From assembly GCA_964270895.1 (NCBI GenBank), contig OZ185435.1: DNA of 64,000 bases, one strand, 5' to 3'. The notes beneath the pieces were generated by a model. The model saw only the letters and a list, made by a program, of their open reading frames with translations. It did no database searches and was not told the DNA's origin. The stretch is from Podarcis filfolensis (lineage: Eukaryota). Positions 23,801 to 36,689 of this stretch are shown here, in pieces. Numbering within the stretch: position 1 is the first letter of the stretch; every line of letters starts with the position of its first letter. The translations under genes and the position numbers were made by a program.

Positions 23801-26499
23801 CCACTAGCTCCTTGAAGGATGTGTCTTCCCTCTGAACTAGAAGCCTTGCAGACTAGGAAGCTCCTGCCATCAAAGACCCATATCCCAGTAGGCTCATCAA
23901 AGGATGGCGAGTCAAAAGAACGGAGCTTAAAGTTCCATAGAGATGGACTATCCATATAGGATTTCTCTGCAGAACATCCTATAGGAGCAACAGGGGAATT
24001 GCTTCCTGTAGCCAGATGTCAACTAATATCCAACGTCATCATGAAGCAGCTTTCCATGACTAAATGGAAAGACACCCAATGGAGGAGTATACTTGTTTGG
24101 CTTTGTGGGGAGGTAGCCTAAATAATACATTGGTGTGTTAAGAATGTGCAGCAGAACAGGGCCTCTGTTTGCCAGACAACAGAACCATAGCAAGTATTGT
24201 GTGCGAACTGCTGTACTATAAAGATTCTCAATGCTATGGAAACAGTTGCTTGTGCCACAATTTATGGTAGTCCAGTTCTCTTGAGTTGAGATTATGTGGA
24301 AATGGTGTTTTGAAGGTAGAAATTCTGAAACCTCTATTTTACAAGAACAATTATACATCAGCAGTAGGTCTCCATGAAAAATGCAAGTTTGAGTTGGGTT
24401 GTACTGGTTATCCTCTTCTTGTTTCCATTTCACGTTGCAAAATTATGACCAAGGGTCATTGCACTGCTCTATTTGTTTGGGACAATTCAGGGTAATCCAT
24501 AGGAAGTGGGTTAATGCAATGCATAATCCATCAGGGCACTAACAGCATTAAAACACACACATGCATCTGAGTTCATATTGCCAATTGTCACACTTAGTGT
24601 TACTGCACACTAGTTTAGGCAGCCTGCTATATGTGCAACTGAGTAACTTACACTGTAACACCCTCACTTTGTGTTATATATACTGTACTGCAGTGTTTTG
24701 AGTGGACCTGCCATACCCACCAAACCCCAGCTCTCCTTCTGTGCCTTTAATGTCAATGTGACAGACAATGTATCAGATGAAGCTTTTCCCAGGATTATTC
24801 TTTCCTTATGTAGGAAAAAGCTTCACTGGTTACATTTCTGTATATCAAGCTGCCCTTAAAGGTACCACTAGAGTAAAGGCAGTTTGTTTGTTTTTAAGTT
24901 GGCTTCCCCAGGGTTAGTGGCTTATTAGAAGAGAAAGTGGTCATAAGGCCAAAGTTTTTTTTGTTTGTTTTTTAATTCAACAGGTAAAATCTAGAAAGAA
25001 AGTTATACTGAAAGATTTGTAAAATTGTGCTCTTGACATATGACCTTGGGAACTTATGGGGAGAATGTTCAAATTTTCCTCAGATTCCACACCATTCATC
25101 TTATTTGATTCATATGTTAATATGAAGCAATTAAAAGCAATGTCTCTACCATAATGCCCTCCCTCTTTCTCAATACACAACAGAAAGGGGAGGGGGAGAG
25201 AATGCTTGAGGAAATGCTGTTGGGCTCTAGACAGGGTTTAGAAAGGAGAAAACAAAGTGCTTGCCGGCGCAGATATTAGCTCAGCCAGCTGATCTGCGAG
25301 TAACTTGCTCACACAAGAGGCCTACTTGCATGAACAGTGTAACGTTTGACGTGAGGACACACGGGAATATTGCAGCTGCTACTTCCGCGATCAGAACTGC
25401 AAGATACATTTCCCCCCCCTAAACACGGAAGTAGCTGCTACGATCTAAGTTTCACTGCTTCAGACGTTAAAATGAACATACGCAAAAAGCTAATTTCCTT
25501 TTTCTTTCGGAGGCATCAAAATTGCTTGCAAACGGCGACTAGACGACTTCCACATCTATGGCAATGAAAGGGGAAGAGATAAGATAAAAGCTTCCATTTT
25601 TCTCTTGCAAATGCTAACGATCAAATCAACGCTGGCCAGGCCCTTTAAATGTAGCCCTCAAGGCACACTGAAGGACTTGGGTAGAGCAAGTAAAGGAATT
25701 CGTCTCTCATTTTAAGGGCATTTGTTCGCAGGACACCTTGCTGCTATATTCTCTTGTGAAGCCTATAAACACTGTAGCACCAAACAGCACACGGCGTGTT
25801 AGCAGGGCACAGTCGAGGTCCTTCCTATTTACAGGGAGTCATTTTTACTCTTGACACCCAAAGTGGTGTGAATAATTCTTTTTCCACGAGGCGTTTATTT
25901 AAAATGCTGCTTTACATACTGACAGCATAGACCCGACTCCCCAGATGACAAGCACCCTAATGCCTGTCACCTTCCCTTTTGCTCGATGAACTTGATAGGA
26001 CAAGGTAAAGAAGGGGGGACCCTATGAAGCAGAAAAGCCCCCGATGAGCTGTGGGTGGGGGAGTCATGGAGATTTTTAAACCCCACCCAAGCTGGTGATG
26101 GAAGTCAGGAGGGGAGCGGGTCTATATCAGGACACAGTAACGCAGGTCTACACAACGCGGGACACCTTGCCCCCAAATCAAACGGAGCCCATCAACCATG
26201 TCGTATCTTCAGCTTATCTAGGGACTTGACAACCCCATTTCTGGCAGCAAAAATCAAAGGCACGTCGAGTTCCTGGTGGGCCATAACATGACCGGTGAGC
26301 CACGTTCGGCTTGGCTAGTTACAACGCGCAAGGATTATTAGGTAGCCTGCCGTATGACGACCCACCAAATCTACACTCAACTCAAACTGCCCTGACAGTC
26401 TTCGCTTGAGGCTCCAGCTTATTTAAAGGGCTGCGGGGAAAGGGGCGGATTGATTTTTTTTTAATGGTTTCTTTCGGATTCTCAAACTATTACTGAGCA

Positions 26500-26661
26500 G
26501 GCCTTGTTTATATGTGTATCCCTCCGCACCGAATCTTGCGAGTAAGCGTGCAAACGGCCTTCATGGTGTCCTTCCGCGGCGGGGAGAGGTGTAGAAACTG
26601 CAGAGGCGAACGGGGATGGGTTGCTGTACCTCGCTCCGGCCTGTGGAGTTAAAACGCTAAG
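26500..26661 (+). other. KMT5B: Candidate alternative non-coding first exon 1a of KMT5B (5' end unknown)
   Basis: Strong donor AAG|GTAAGA at 26662 downstream of TATTTAAA and GC box. Confidence 0.4.
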
Positions 26662-26989
26662 GTAAGAATCTCTTTGGCGGCGTATTCCTCCGCTCTCTCG
26701 CAAGGAGGTCTTCGCCCAGCCTGCCGTGTCCCTCCGCCGCTTTTGGAGCACACAAGCAGGAGGCGCTTCTTCTGGCTGTGCGAGGAAAACAGGGGGTCTG
26801 GAAGGAAGACAAAAGACTTCAGCGCGCAGCGAGGATTTGCCTCAGTGGGTCTGGCTCGGGGCGCCCGGTGTTCCTCGCGGAAGGAAGGACCGTGCCTGGG
26901 TTTGTTGTTGCTGCGCCGCAGGGTCGTCGTGAGGGGACTCGAGGACTTTTTCTCTCGGGGCCTGGCGGATGGATCTCTAGGTAGCTTTC

Positions 26990-27189
26990 CCAGATATCGT
27001 TCGCCCTCGCCGCCGCCATCTTGGATTTTAATCCGCCATTTTTCCCCTTGGAATTATTATTTTTATATATATAGATGATTATTTTTTTTCGCCTCTGGCC
27101 GAGATTCTGGACGGCGGCGGCGGAGGCTTTGTGGACCTGCGGGGCCGCGGCTGGCGAAGAGGACTGCAGTGCCCAGGGGCAGCTAGGAG
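26990..27189 (+). other. KMT5B: Candidate non-coding first exon 1b of KMT5B (5' end approximate)
   Basis: Tandem YY1 motifs at 5' end; consensus donor GAG|GTGAGT at 27190. Confidence 0.65.
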
Positions 27190-28692
27190 GTGAGTGCTTG
27201 GCGGAGGCGGAACGAGGGGAGGGGACGGAGGTGTGTGTGTGTGTTTGTGTGTTGGGGGGGTGTCCTGGAACTGGCACGGCGGCGGCGAGGGCCCCACTCC
27301 TTCCGGGGAGGGGGCGGGATGGAAGCGAGGCCCCCTCAGGCTGGGCAGGGCCCGAGGTGGGGCGACTACCCGTTGGCGAAGTGGGGGGGGGGAGAGACCT
27401 GCTTCTCGTGACGGAGGAGACGAGGGTCTTCGGGGGCAGAAATGTGGGGAGGGGCTTCGTTTCTCTAAAGGGCATCAAATAAAGAGATGGCATCGTGCGC
27501 TTCGTTCCCCCTCCGGCGCCCATAGATGAGGACAATACGGTGGGGCTGGGAGGGCGGGCGGCGAAGGAGGCGATGGGGATGGCCGGGGCTGGCAGGAAGA
27601 GCCAGGCAGCCTTTCCTTGGAGGTGGCGGAGAGGGTCGTGTCAGCACTTGGGAAGGGCCACCAAGCGCACCTGGGGAAGCAGTCGGGCAGCTGTCCAGCC
27701 TTGGACGAGGTGCTCCGAGCATCTCCCCCCCCCCCCCCCTAGCGGGGATCTGGCACCAGGTGCTGCTCATCGCACACCTGCCCGCTGCGTCCGCATTTCC
27801 AATGAACTCTAGAGTGTCATATTCATGGAGGTTCCTCAGTGACTCCCCCATCCAGGCCTAGGCCTCTGCTTGGCTTCCCGAGATGGTATTGCGCACGGGG
27901 CGCCTTCGGACCGCTTTTATGGGTCTGGAAGGGGAAGGGGAGCCACCCCCGAAGATCGGACGGGCCACTTAGGCTATTTAGGTGTTAGAAGCCCCCGCAG
28001 AAAACGGCGCTGGGCTACCAGTGGCTGTGAGACCCGCAACACACCCATCTCCCGGTTGGCTGTGACAGCTGGCATCCCTCCTCCTGCTGCTGCGCTGCTT
28101 CGGCGTTTAAGGGGATGCGGATCTTCGGAGAGGTGGAGCTGGCACGGGATTTCTGTGATGGGTGGAGAAAGGGCAGCTTGATCCTGGGTGTCTCGTTTTC
28201 CCAGCGTTTGAGCTGGGGTTGGGGAGCGGTGCCCGACACGGAAAGCAGATGTGACTGGATCGGGCAGGGCTGCCTTGAGTGGAGAAGCATTGCTCCCGGC
28301 CTTTGAAGAAGGCGAGAGGCGACCTCTAGGGGGCACCGTAGTTTCAGCTAAGGGTCGGAAAGTAGAGTAGACTTACCTCCCTGATCCAGCTGAGCTGCGA
28401 AAGAAGTTTGTTCTAATCCTGTCAGCTGTCAGGATTTGCCGGCTAGTTTCGCTTTGCATGAGATTCGAACAAAGCTGTGTGCAGAAATGCTTATTAAACG
28501 AGGAAACCTGTTTTGGCTTTTCCACCACAGACACCTGATCACTGAAGAATGAATATAAAAGAGTGTCTTTTAATTATTGACTGAATTATTAACTGAAATT
28601 CCATGATTTTTTGTTGATGGTTTTATTAGTTTTTTTCCATATGTAAAATGAACCCAGTTTCTTCTAAATACAATATGATCAGTAATCTCCTA

Positions 28693-28832
28693 CAGGGGTA
28701 TGGAACATGCAGCCCTCTAGATGTTCCTGGACTACAACTTCCATCATCTTCCTTGACCACTGACCATGCTAGCTGAGGCTAAGGAATTGGGAGTCCAAGA
28801 ACACTTGCAGGGCCCCAGGTTCCCCAGCCCTG
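28693..28832. mobile_element. Short palindromic hAT-type MITE
   Basis: CAGGGG...CCCTG ends; same family as 11226-11354. Confidence 0.7.
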
Positions 28833-31800
28833 CTCACCTGAGACAGAACTTTTTTCTTTCCACCAAAATGCTTGTTTTAAAGAACATTGTTGTTTTGAAA
28901 CAGAAGCAAGTACTGGTAAGCAATTGATAGAGTTACTGGTGGGAAATTATGTTCTTGCCTTTTGCTTGAACAAGCAAATGCTGAGATCTAGGTGATGGGG
29001 AGTAGAGTGATTTGATTATTTTTATACTCTGTTCATGGATATCTTAGCATTCTCAGAAGCTAATTGGGATTATAAGCAGACTTTCCTAATAAATCTCTTG
29101 CCCAGCCACTGTTGCCCTGCAGTATAGAGCTGCATGGGACTGCTGGCTGTGTTCTTCAATCAGTTCATGCAAGGCAATGATGTTGTCCATTAGGCTGAAT
29201 ATTTGCAATGCACAGGGATTTCTTGCTGATGTCAATACAGAAAGTGCCCCTGTAGGTTTGAAAACCGCTCCTATATATATTGTTCTCAGAACTATTTCTT
29301 ACAAACAGCTATTGAAGGCTGCAGGTGGGTCCCACATGGTAGAATTATTGCCTACACACAGAAGACTAGAATACTAGGGAGAGGTTAGGCTAGAATCCTC
29401 TCTGACCTCCTAGTTTCTATGCCCAGGCAATTCAATAGAGCAGTATTCAATCACATGAATCCCACCTACTGAAATGATGAAGCCTAGATAGATTTCAGAC
29501 CATCTGCTCTTTGTGAGAGCTGTGTTGAAGGGATGCAAAACAGATAGGGTGATATCTTTCATTAGAACCCATTACAAGTATACACCCTTTTGAGCTGGGG
29601 AGAATTGGAAAAGTATTTTGTTGAAGTAGCTTGCCATAAATTTGGCAGACTACTACTATATTGTTTGCATTTGTTTAGGTCTCAGTATTGACTCCTTTCC
29701 CTTGCTTACCTTAGTCATTTAAATAATATAGCAACACAGTATATCCACCATTGTTGTGGACAAATGTTTGTTCATGGTGTATCATAACAGAAGTTATATT
29801 TTGCATTTGTTTTTCATGCCAATTCATTGGAAATGTAGGAGGCATTTCTTTGTACGCTTAAAGTAAAAACCTGTCTAGGATGCATTCTTAAATGCTTTAC
29901 TGCATATTAGTGAATTTAACTTTTTCTTGAGTTGGATGAGTCTTGAACTGTGTGATTTGACTATGTAGATAACATTTCATGAGGTATTGGTTAAATAAAA
30001 CTTAAAAGAAAGTAGCAAAACCTAATTGGCAGAGCATTCCAAAACCCCAATCTTCTGTGCTGGAGAAGGTTTGTATGGAGCAAAGTTGCCACTCTGCCCA
30101 GCCCTTCCCTGTTCTGTCACTGGGGCAGCCCTGCTGGCAACTGGCAAGGAGTGCCCAAATTTCCCAAAGGGTGGGTGTAAGCAACCACTGATAATACCCC
30201 TTCCAGCAGTAGCCAGAGGAAACACCTGAAATTGGGCATTTCAGAGACAGAAAGGGGCAGGGGCAGGACTGGCACAGACCTATCCCTGCTAGCATCAAAT
30301 GACAGTAGTGGAATTGCTCAATCCAACAACTTTGCTGTGCCAGTCTGGGAGATGACAGAGCATAGGGGCAGTTTTCCCTTCCCACACCTTCCACCCTGGT
30401 TAATGTGAGCAACAGGGCTGTGGATGCAGTGGTTTTTGGTGCAACTTCACATAGCCATGCTGTTGCCTGTCAGGGATTAGGACAGCCTTCTTAAACTCAT
30501 TTTTGAATCTCTGTAAGTCACTTCATGTGCAGGTTTTTTTATTATTCTGTACTGTTTTAGAACTTACTATGTTGTAGTTATATTTGGTACTTGTCCAAAG
30601 TGAGCCTAATAACATAAAAACAAAAAAAGACACCAAACTTTTGTCCTGTAGTTTGTTTGTTTGTTTTTGCCAAAAATGGACAGCCTCCAAACTACCTTTA
30701 GTAAATGACTAGATTAATAAACTTTACGAATTATCATTAATGTCTAAAGTCCTAGAATTAGATACTAAATTTAGGGATTAAATAAAAATTCATTTAATTC
30801 ATTTTAAAAAATTAATTTAATTCTAGCCACTAGGTGATATTTTGGTGTTTAAATTGTAAATTCTCCATATTATTTCATGATTCTAATATTTTTTATTCTG
30901 ATCAAATAAATGTGTGAAACAGTCATTGTGATGTATCGACAGAGCACTACTCTGTTATACCTATTAACCCATGGGATTGCGCAAAAGTGCAGTATCTATT
31001 GCTGATGTGATTCTGGCATAATACCCTAGTTACAACCTTACGTTTAGTGCAATCAGTTTGTGCATCATGTCAGCTCTATCACTTTGCTGGCGAGTTGCAG
31101 GATTGATCTATTTGAAGTGGAAAACATCTTGGTTAATCACTTTGGGCTGACCTCTGTCTGGGTCAAGAGGTGTTTTCTGCTTCATGTAGGTCAGCTCTGT
31201 AATTTTCTGGAGTACACGGGTACGCATACAGGATTGGACATAAACGAAATAAACTGGTGCAGCATTTTACAGAATTGAGCTATCTGCAATTAATTGCGTT
31301 TAAAATCAGTGGCCCTTGCTTCCAACAATAAATGTATGCAAGTTGCAGTTGTAGTAAGTAGTTTTTCTAGCAAGATTTATAAGCCGTCTTCTTATAAAGA
31401 TTCTGAGCCATTGATAATGTAATTAAATTGCACTGACTTCATCTTAATATAGAGTCTTGGCAACCTCAAGTGAAAAAAGCTGGTCAAAGGGACAGATCTT
31501 GTGACTCTTTATCTTAAAGGTAGACTTCCACAGCAATTCAGTTTTAAGTAAAAAGGATATTAGGACAGAATGGGTATTCAACTGAAAGTAATTGAGTATG
31601 GGTAAATAACGTCCGCGCTTGGATTATAGGGATCAGTGGAATACTTGTTCCTGTTTTAATGAGATCCTTGTTTCCATGTATACTCTCTTTGACCTATAGT
31701 CTGCTTCCCTTCCTCCCCCTCTTTTCCTTTCGTTTAGCTTAGACCTGAAATGAATGCTACATGTTGAACTTCCAGTCTTTGCCCCCTCCCTTTTATTCCT

Positions 31801-32446
31801 AGTACAGTTTGAATACGTAAGAGTCACTAGCGGAGTTTGAAAGCACCTGCAGTACTGTGATGAACAGAAGCTGTAAATGTTTTGATTACACTTGAGTACA
31901 GAATCCTATTCTAAACCAACTCTGGTGCTAGGACTGTGCTTTGTGGTACTGAAGCAATTTTTTTTTGTACAAAATGGTAGGATCATTTTTGTTTGTATTT
32001 ATTGGATGGCTTAGGATACCTGGGCTGATGTATATGTTTTAGTTTAAACAATTTATTCTGCTTCTGATGAACCTTTAAAATAGGTTGTTATTAATAGCCT
32101 GCCCCCATCAATTTTTCAACCACTGGTGTTTGGTACAATACATCAGACTAAAAAAGTTAGCAAATAATGTAAATACTGTGATACTTAGTATTCAAATCAC
32201 AGTTTTCCAAAGCGCAATGTTTGCTCCCTGGGAGGGGCGCTCCAGCCGCTACAGGTGCTTTTTGCTCTTACCTAGATTATTAGATCTTGTGTGATACTCA
32301 TAGCGAACAGCCTTGACAGACTTTATTCAACAACTTTTAGCAGTTTTCTTTCATTTGGGATTAAATACTTCAAATAATAATGAACCCCATGGTGGATAAG
32401 GAATAGTGGATTCAGTTCTGTGCATTTCCTTTATTACATATGAATA

Positions 32447-32698
32447 CAGTGGTACCTTGGTTTACGAACTTAATCCGTTCCAGAAGTCCGTTCTTAAACC
32501 AAAGTGTTCTTAAACTAAGGTGTGCTTTCCCATAGCAGTGTGGGACTCAATTTACAAATGGAACACACTCAACAGGAAGCGGAACATGTTCCACTTCCAA
32601 GGCAAAGTTCACAAACCAAAACACCTACTTCCGGGTTTGCAGCGTTCTTAATCCAAGTTGTTCATAAACTAAGCTGTTCTTAAACCAAGGTACCACTG
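32447..32698. mobile_element. Tc1/mariner MITE, related subfamily B
   Basis: TA TSD, TIR CAGTGGTACCTTGGTTTA / TAAACCAAGGTACCACTG. Confidence 0.9.
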
Positions 32699-35600
32699 TA
32701 CTAATCCATTATCCCATAATATGTAGTACACAAACTGAAAAGTTATTTTAAACTTATAAATCATTTTGTAAGCTACTATCTTCTCTCTTAAACACAAAGT
32801 TGATTAGCTGTTGGTGTGTAGACAATTAAAAATTTTCATAACCTTCCATAGTGGAATTTTAATATCAATAAAGATACGGCTATTTTAACTGATACTTCTA
32901 TGTTCACTCAAACCATCGGGATATGGTTGGCTCCAGTGAATAATAAAAATGATAAACTGCTATATTAGTAAGTAATTCTAATTATAACAATCTGGATTTG
33001 TGCATTAGAACATGTAGCTGTTTGGAAGACCTCAAAGCTGGAATACCTACATGTTCTTTGACAATCTGAAATCGGTATTGGAAGAATTCTGTGGGGAATT
33101 GAAAGAAATGGGTGGGGAAATGAAACAGGCCCAGTACATTTTATCAAAGTGAAGAAACTTAAGAGTTTTTAAGAATCATGCCTTCCAGGACTTTGATCCC
33201 TCCATCTTTATAGTTTGGTACGTAAGCAGGTGATATCTAGATCAGTTAAAATGGAATGTGATTATGAGGTCTTGCCCATTCATTTTTTAAAAAAAAAATC
33301 TTTCCAGCTAGCTATTGATTGATTGATTGATTGATTGCTGTGACCCAAGCAGGTAATAAGTTTTAGGTGAGGAAAGGACCACCCCCAAATTTGCAGATAC
33401 TCTCCCATAGAGCAGTGGACTCTCACCATCAATTTGACCTTTTAAAATAGTTGGGACTCAAAGCTCTAATAGTGCTAATAATTTTATAGGAAAAAATGTT
33501 TCTGAAATCCCCCCCCCCAAAAAAAACCCCATCTAGTGGTGCATACAACACAAGAGTCCAGTGCATGTACTCTGGAAAGTGGGGGGCAGGGGAATATTGT
33601 GCAGCTTTCTTGTGTCTTCAGGAATGAGCAACATCCACATTTCTAGACAATAATTCTGCATAAAACTGAAACATTTCTTCTCATTCTAGGACAAGCATCC
33701 AATGCTAGGCAGTTGTTCTAGAAACTGCCATAAGACTGCGGCCAATCCATCATTCAGACAGCTTCAACACCCCTAACCATCAAGATGACGGACGTTTTTC
33801 ATGTCTGTTAAAAATCACTTTAAACATGTTTTAATAGTTAATATACTTCCCATTCTACTATGGGGCTGTTGGTGGTCTCCCATTAAAGGGACTCATTGAG
33901 ACCACATCCACAGTTTCAGCAATGTTGCTGCATTAAATGCTTGGGACCACTGACAGCCTTTGATGGACAGGCTTGCAAACCCACCCAGAAGCATCTTGTC
34001 CAGACTGAAGGCAGTTATGTGGATATGCTAAAGAACAGTTAACCTGAGCATTTACTTGATGCCCTTCCCAGAACAATCAACCATTATTCAACCACTGATC
34101 TAGATACAGATACCTCTGCTCCACAATGCCTTTACAGCTGCTTTGCCAGTAGAACACTGATGCTGACTACTGCTGAGTACTTCCAGATCAGCAATAGGTT
34201 ACTTTGGTGGCCTGTCAAATTCTGCAACACTTTCTTCCTGAACTTTGTACTTGCATCCAGTCCCCTCTGCTGACATCACAGTATACTGCTCCTGTATCCT
34301 GCTTCATACTCCTTTATGTTCCTGTCTGCTTTCTAAATGAATTTGCTCATCCCCAACTTTGCCTTCACTTTTTGCTTTGGAGTGGATCTCTTGGTAGCTG
34401 GTCCACAATGGATTAGACCAGACTATTGCTTTTTTCTTTTCCTTCTGTTCAGGCAGTGGAATAAGGCTCCCTACAACTCAGCTGGTGAAAGGCAGCAAAT
34501 CAAGATTCAGCCTGGAGTCACTCTTGAAAGGGACTGCCTTTGCTTGTTACTTTCAGAGTGCCTCACCAAACCTACAAAAAGGATAAGTGTTTGAGTACTA
34601 AGAGTGCTGCTGTGTGCGTTTCAGACTGTTTTCTCTTTTAACAAAAATGTAATTAGTGGGAAGTGCAGTTACATTTCTGCAGATATGTACTTACAACGAA
34701 TCATCTTTTTCAAGTCAGTTTCTTGTCATGATTTCTCATACTGAACCAGTGCTGCAAAAAGTTATTCCAGAAGATATAATACAGGTGACTCTGAACTTAT
34801 GCTGGGGTTACATTCCAGGGATAGCCAAAATTGCATATAGTCAAAATGTATTGGGTTCGATGACGGATGGGATTGCCAAAGTCTTTTTTCTTGGACGCTT
34901 GCCCCCTTCCCTCCTCCTTTTTTATTTATTTCATTTTTTTTTGCTAAGCACACGAAGCTAAATGCACACAGTTTAAATGTTCGTAAATTGTGAGTTGCTT
35001 TTAATCCTCAAAGTAGAAAAATGAAAGAGTTAAGGCCTAACACTTACTCTCATCAACATATGGAATATAGGTGAGCATTGGGATCTGGAAAATACTGAGT
35101 TGCTTGCTCTCTGTATTATTGTCAATTGTGAAACCAGTGGTCAGTTTAATGACTAACAGTAGTTAACAGCTTGTAATTTGAAAGAGATGAATGCAGTTAT
35201 GTGTATTGAGTTACCACGATTAAAGCTTTTGCTTTCATGTTATTTAAAACAGGCTTTTGCCTGGTAGCTTTTACACAGTAAGGAATTTCATGCAGGGAAA
35301 TGCATGGATTTCCATGTATGTGAATGACCAGGTTGATAGTAGAGAGACAGATCACTCTGTTGTCTCCACCAGCCTTCTGAATACTGTGGTGGCTGTGGAG
35401 GAAGGCATGCATCACATCTTGCATGGAAATGCAGTAAACTGGTAGAGAAAAAGACAGAGGAATCTGTTCTTCCTCTACCTGCTATACATGTTAGTCATGG
35501 AGAAAGGAAAACCCCTTCTTCCGTAAAGGACTGCTAACTTTTCTGGACTTAATTTAGAAGACTGGATTTTAAAAGCTGAGACTTACTCTGGTAGTAAAAG

Positions 35601-35710
35601 GTACTTTGTTATTGTATGATCCAAACACTTAGTCTAAGCTTTGTGGTTGACCCTTCCATGAGTTAGTACAGCAAACCCCAGATCAGGCAGTATTATTGGA
35701 AAACAAATTA

Positions 35711-35886
35711 CAGACAATGACTGATTAACACACATCCGAATTTTGCACGATTGCACACGAGCACCAAACCTGGAAGTGACCTTAAAACATCACTAAAAGG
35801 GTGGAATAGGGGAGAACGAGGCAGGGTGTGCTTATATGCACTCCGAGGCCAGGAATGGAACCCCTGCATGAAATGGTCATCAACTG
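35711..35886. mobile_element. Degenerate Tc1/mariner MITE
   Basis: TA flanks; ends CAGACAATGAC / GTCATCAACTG. Confidence 0.5.
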
Positions 35887-35893
35887 TAATATA

Positions 35894-36047
35894 CCGTCGT
35901 ACCTTGGTTCTCAGTTCAATCAGAAGCCGCATTGGACATTCAGCTTCCCAAAAATATTTGCAAACTGGAACACTCACTTTTGGGTTTGTGGTGTTCAAAA
36001 GCCAAAACCTTCAAGTCGCAAGGCGTTCGAGAACCAAGCTACGACTG
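35894..36047. mobile_element. Tc1/mariner MITE
   Basis: TA flanks; TIR CCGTCGTACCTTGGTTCTC / GAGAACCAAGCTACGACTG. Confidence 0.8.
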
Positions 36048-36529
36048 TAGAACTCTGGCAACTTAAATGTATCGTAGTGGTAGTTGAAAAATGACTAGTT
36101 TGAGCTGAATTTACAAGTATGTATGTACACTGTACAATAGGGATCAAATAGCTCATGTTTTCTTTTAAGCCAATAGGGATTTAGGGTTCCTGTAAAGATG
36201 AGTTCATTCACAGACAGTATTTGTGGAGTATATTTTTTTCAGAACTGTATTTTATATGTTCTGCTGCTTTTTGTTTTAATGTTGTACACTGCTGTGGTAT
36301 TATTAAGTGTTTAGCAGTCTCTACATGCTCCAAATACCTAATATTCTGTGCATTGCCCAAAGTATGTCAGTTATAGGCAATCAGACATATGCAGTAAATA
36401 AATAAATACATCACAGCAGAGTTTTTGACTATTGTGTATTCTGTTTCAACTAGGAAGCTGAACTACAATTAACTTCTTAAAGCCTTTGGAAGAAGGACTA
36501 AATGCAACGGGGACAAATTGCCTGTGGGA

Positions 36530-36689
36530 ATGAAGTGGCTGGGAGAATCCAAGAACATGGTGGTGAATGGCCGGAGAAATGGAAGCAGATTATCTAATGA
36601 TCACCATCAGAACCAGTCCAAATTGCAGCACCCTGGAAAGGAAAATCCAAAGACTGGCAAAAATGGCGTTGAGAGACGGTCAAGCAGAT
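36530..36689 (+). CDS. KMT5B: Histone H4K20 methyltransferase KMT5B, first coding exon (exon probably starts 36454; ATG 36530)
   Basis: [18 protein letters not shown].. matches KMT5B N-terminus; donor T|GTATGT. Confidence 0.96.

Larger units (their letters stand above)
26130..28450. promoter_or_regulatory. CpG island / KMT5B promoter
   Basis: Abrupt rise in GC and CpG density; GC box GGGGCGGA ~26442; YY1-type CCGCCATCTT (27013-27022) and CCGCCATTTT (27033-27042). Boundaries approximate. Confidence 0.85.

Noticed and set aside
26674-28336. Cluster of 100-238 aa ORFs on both strands
   Set aside because: Expected from stop-codon scarcity in a GC-rich CpG island; low-complexity products
34452-34580. 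Strong acceptor in KMT5B intron 1
   Set aside because: No convincing GT donor; no further support for an extra 5'UTR exon
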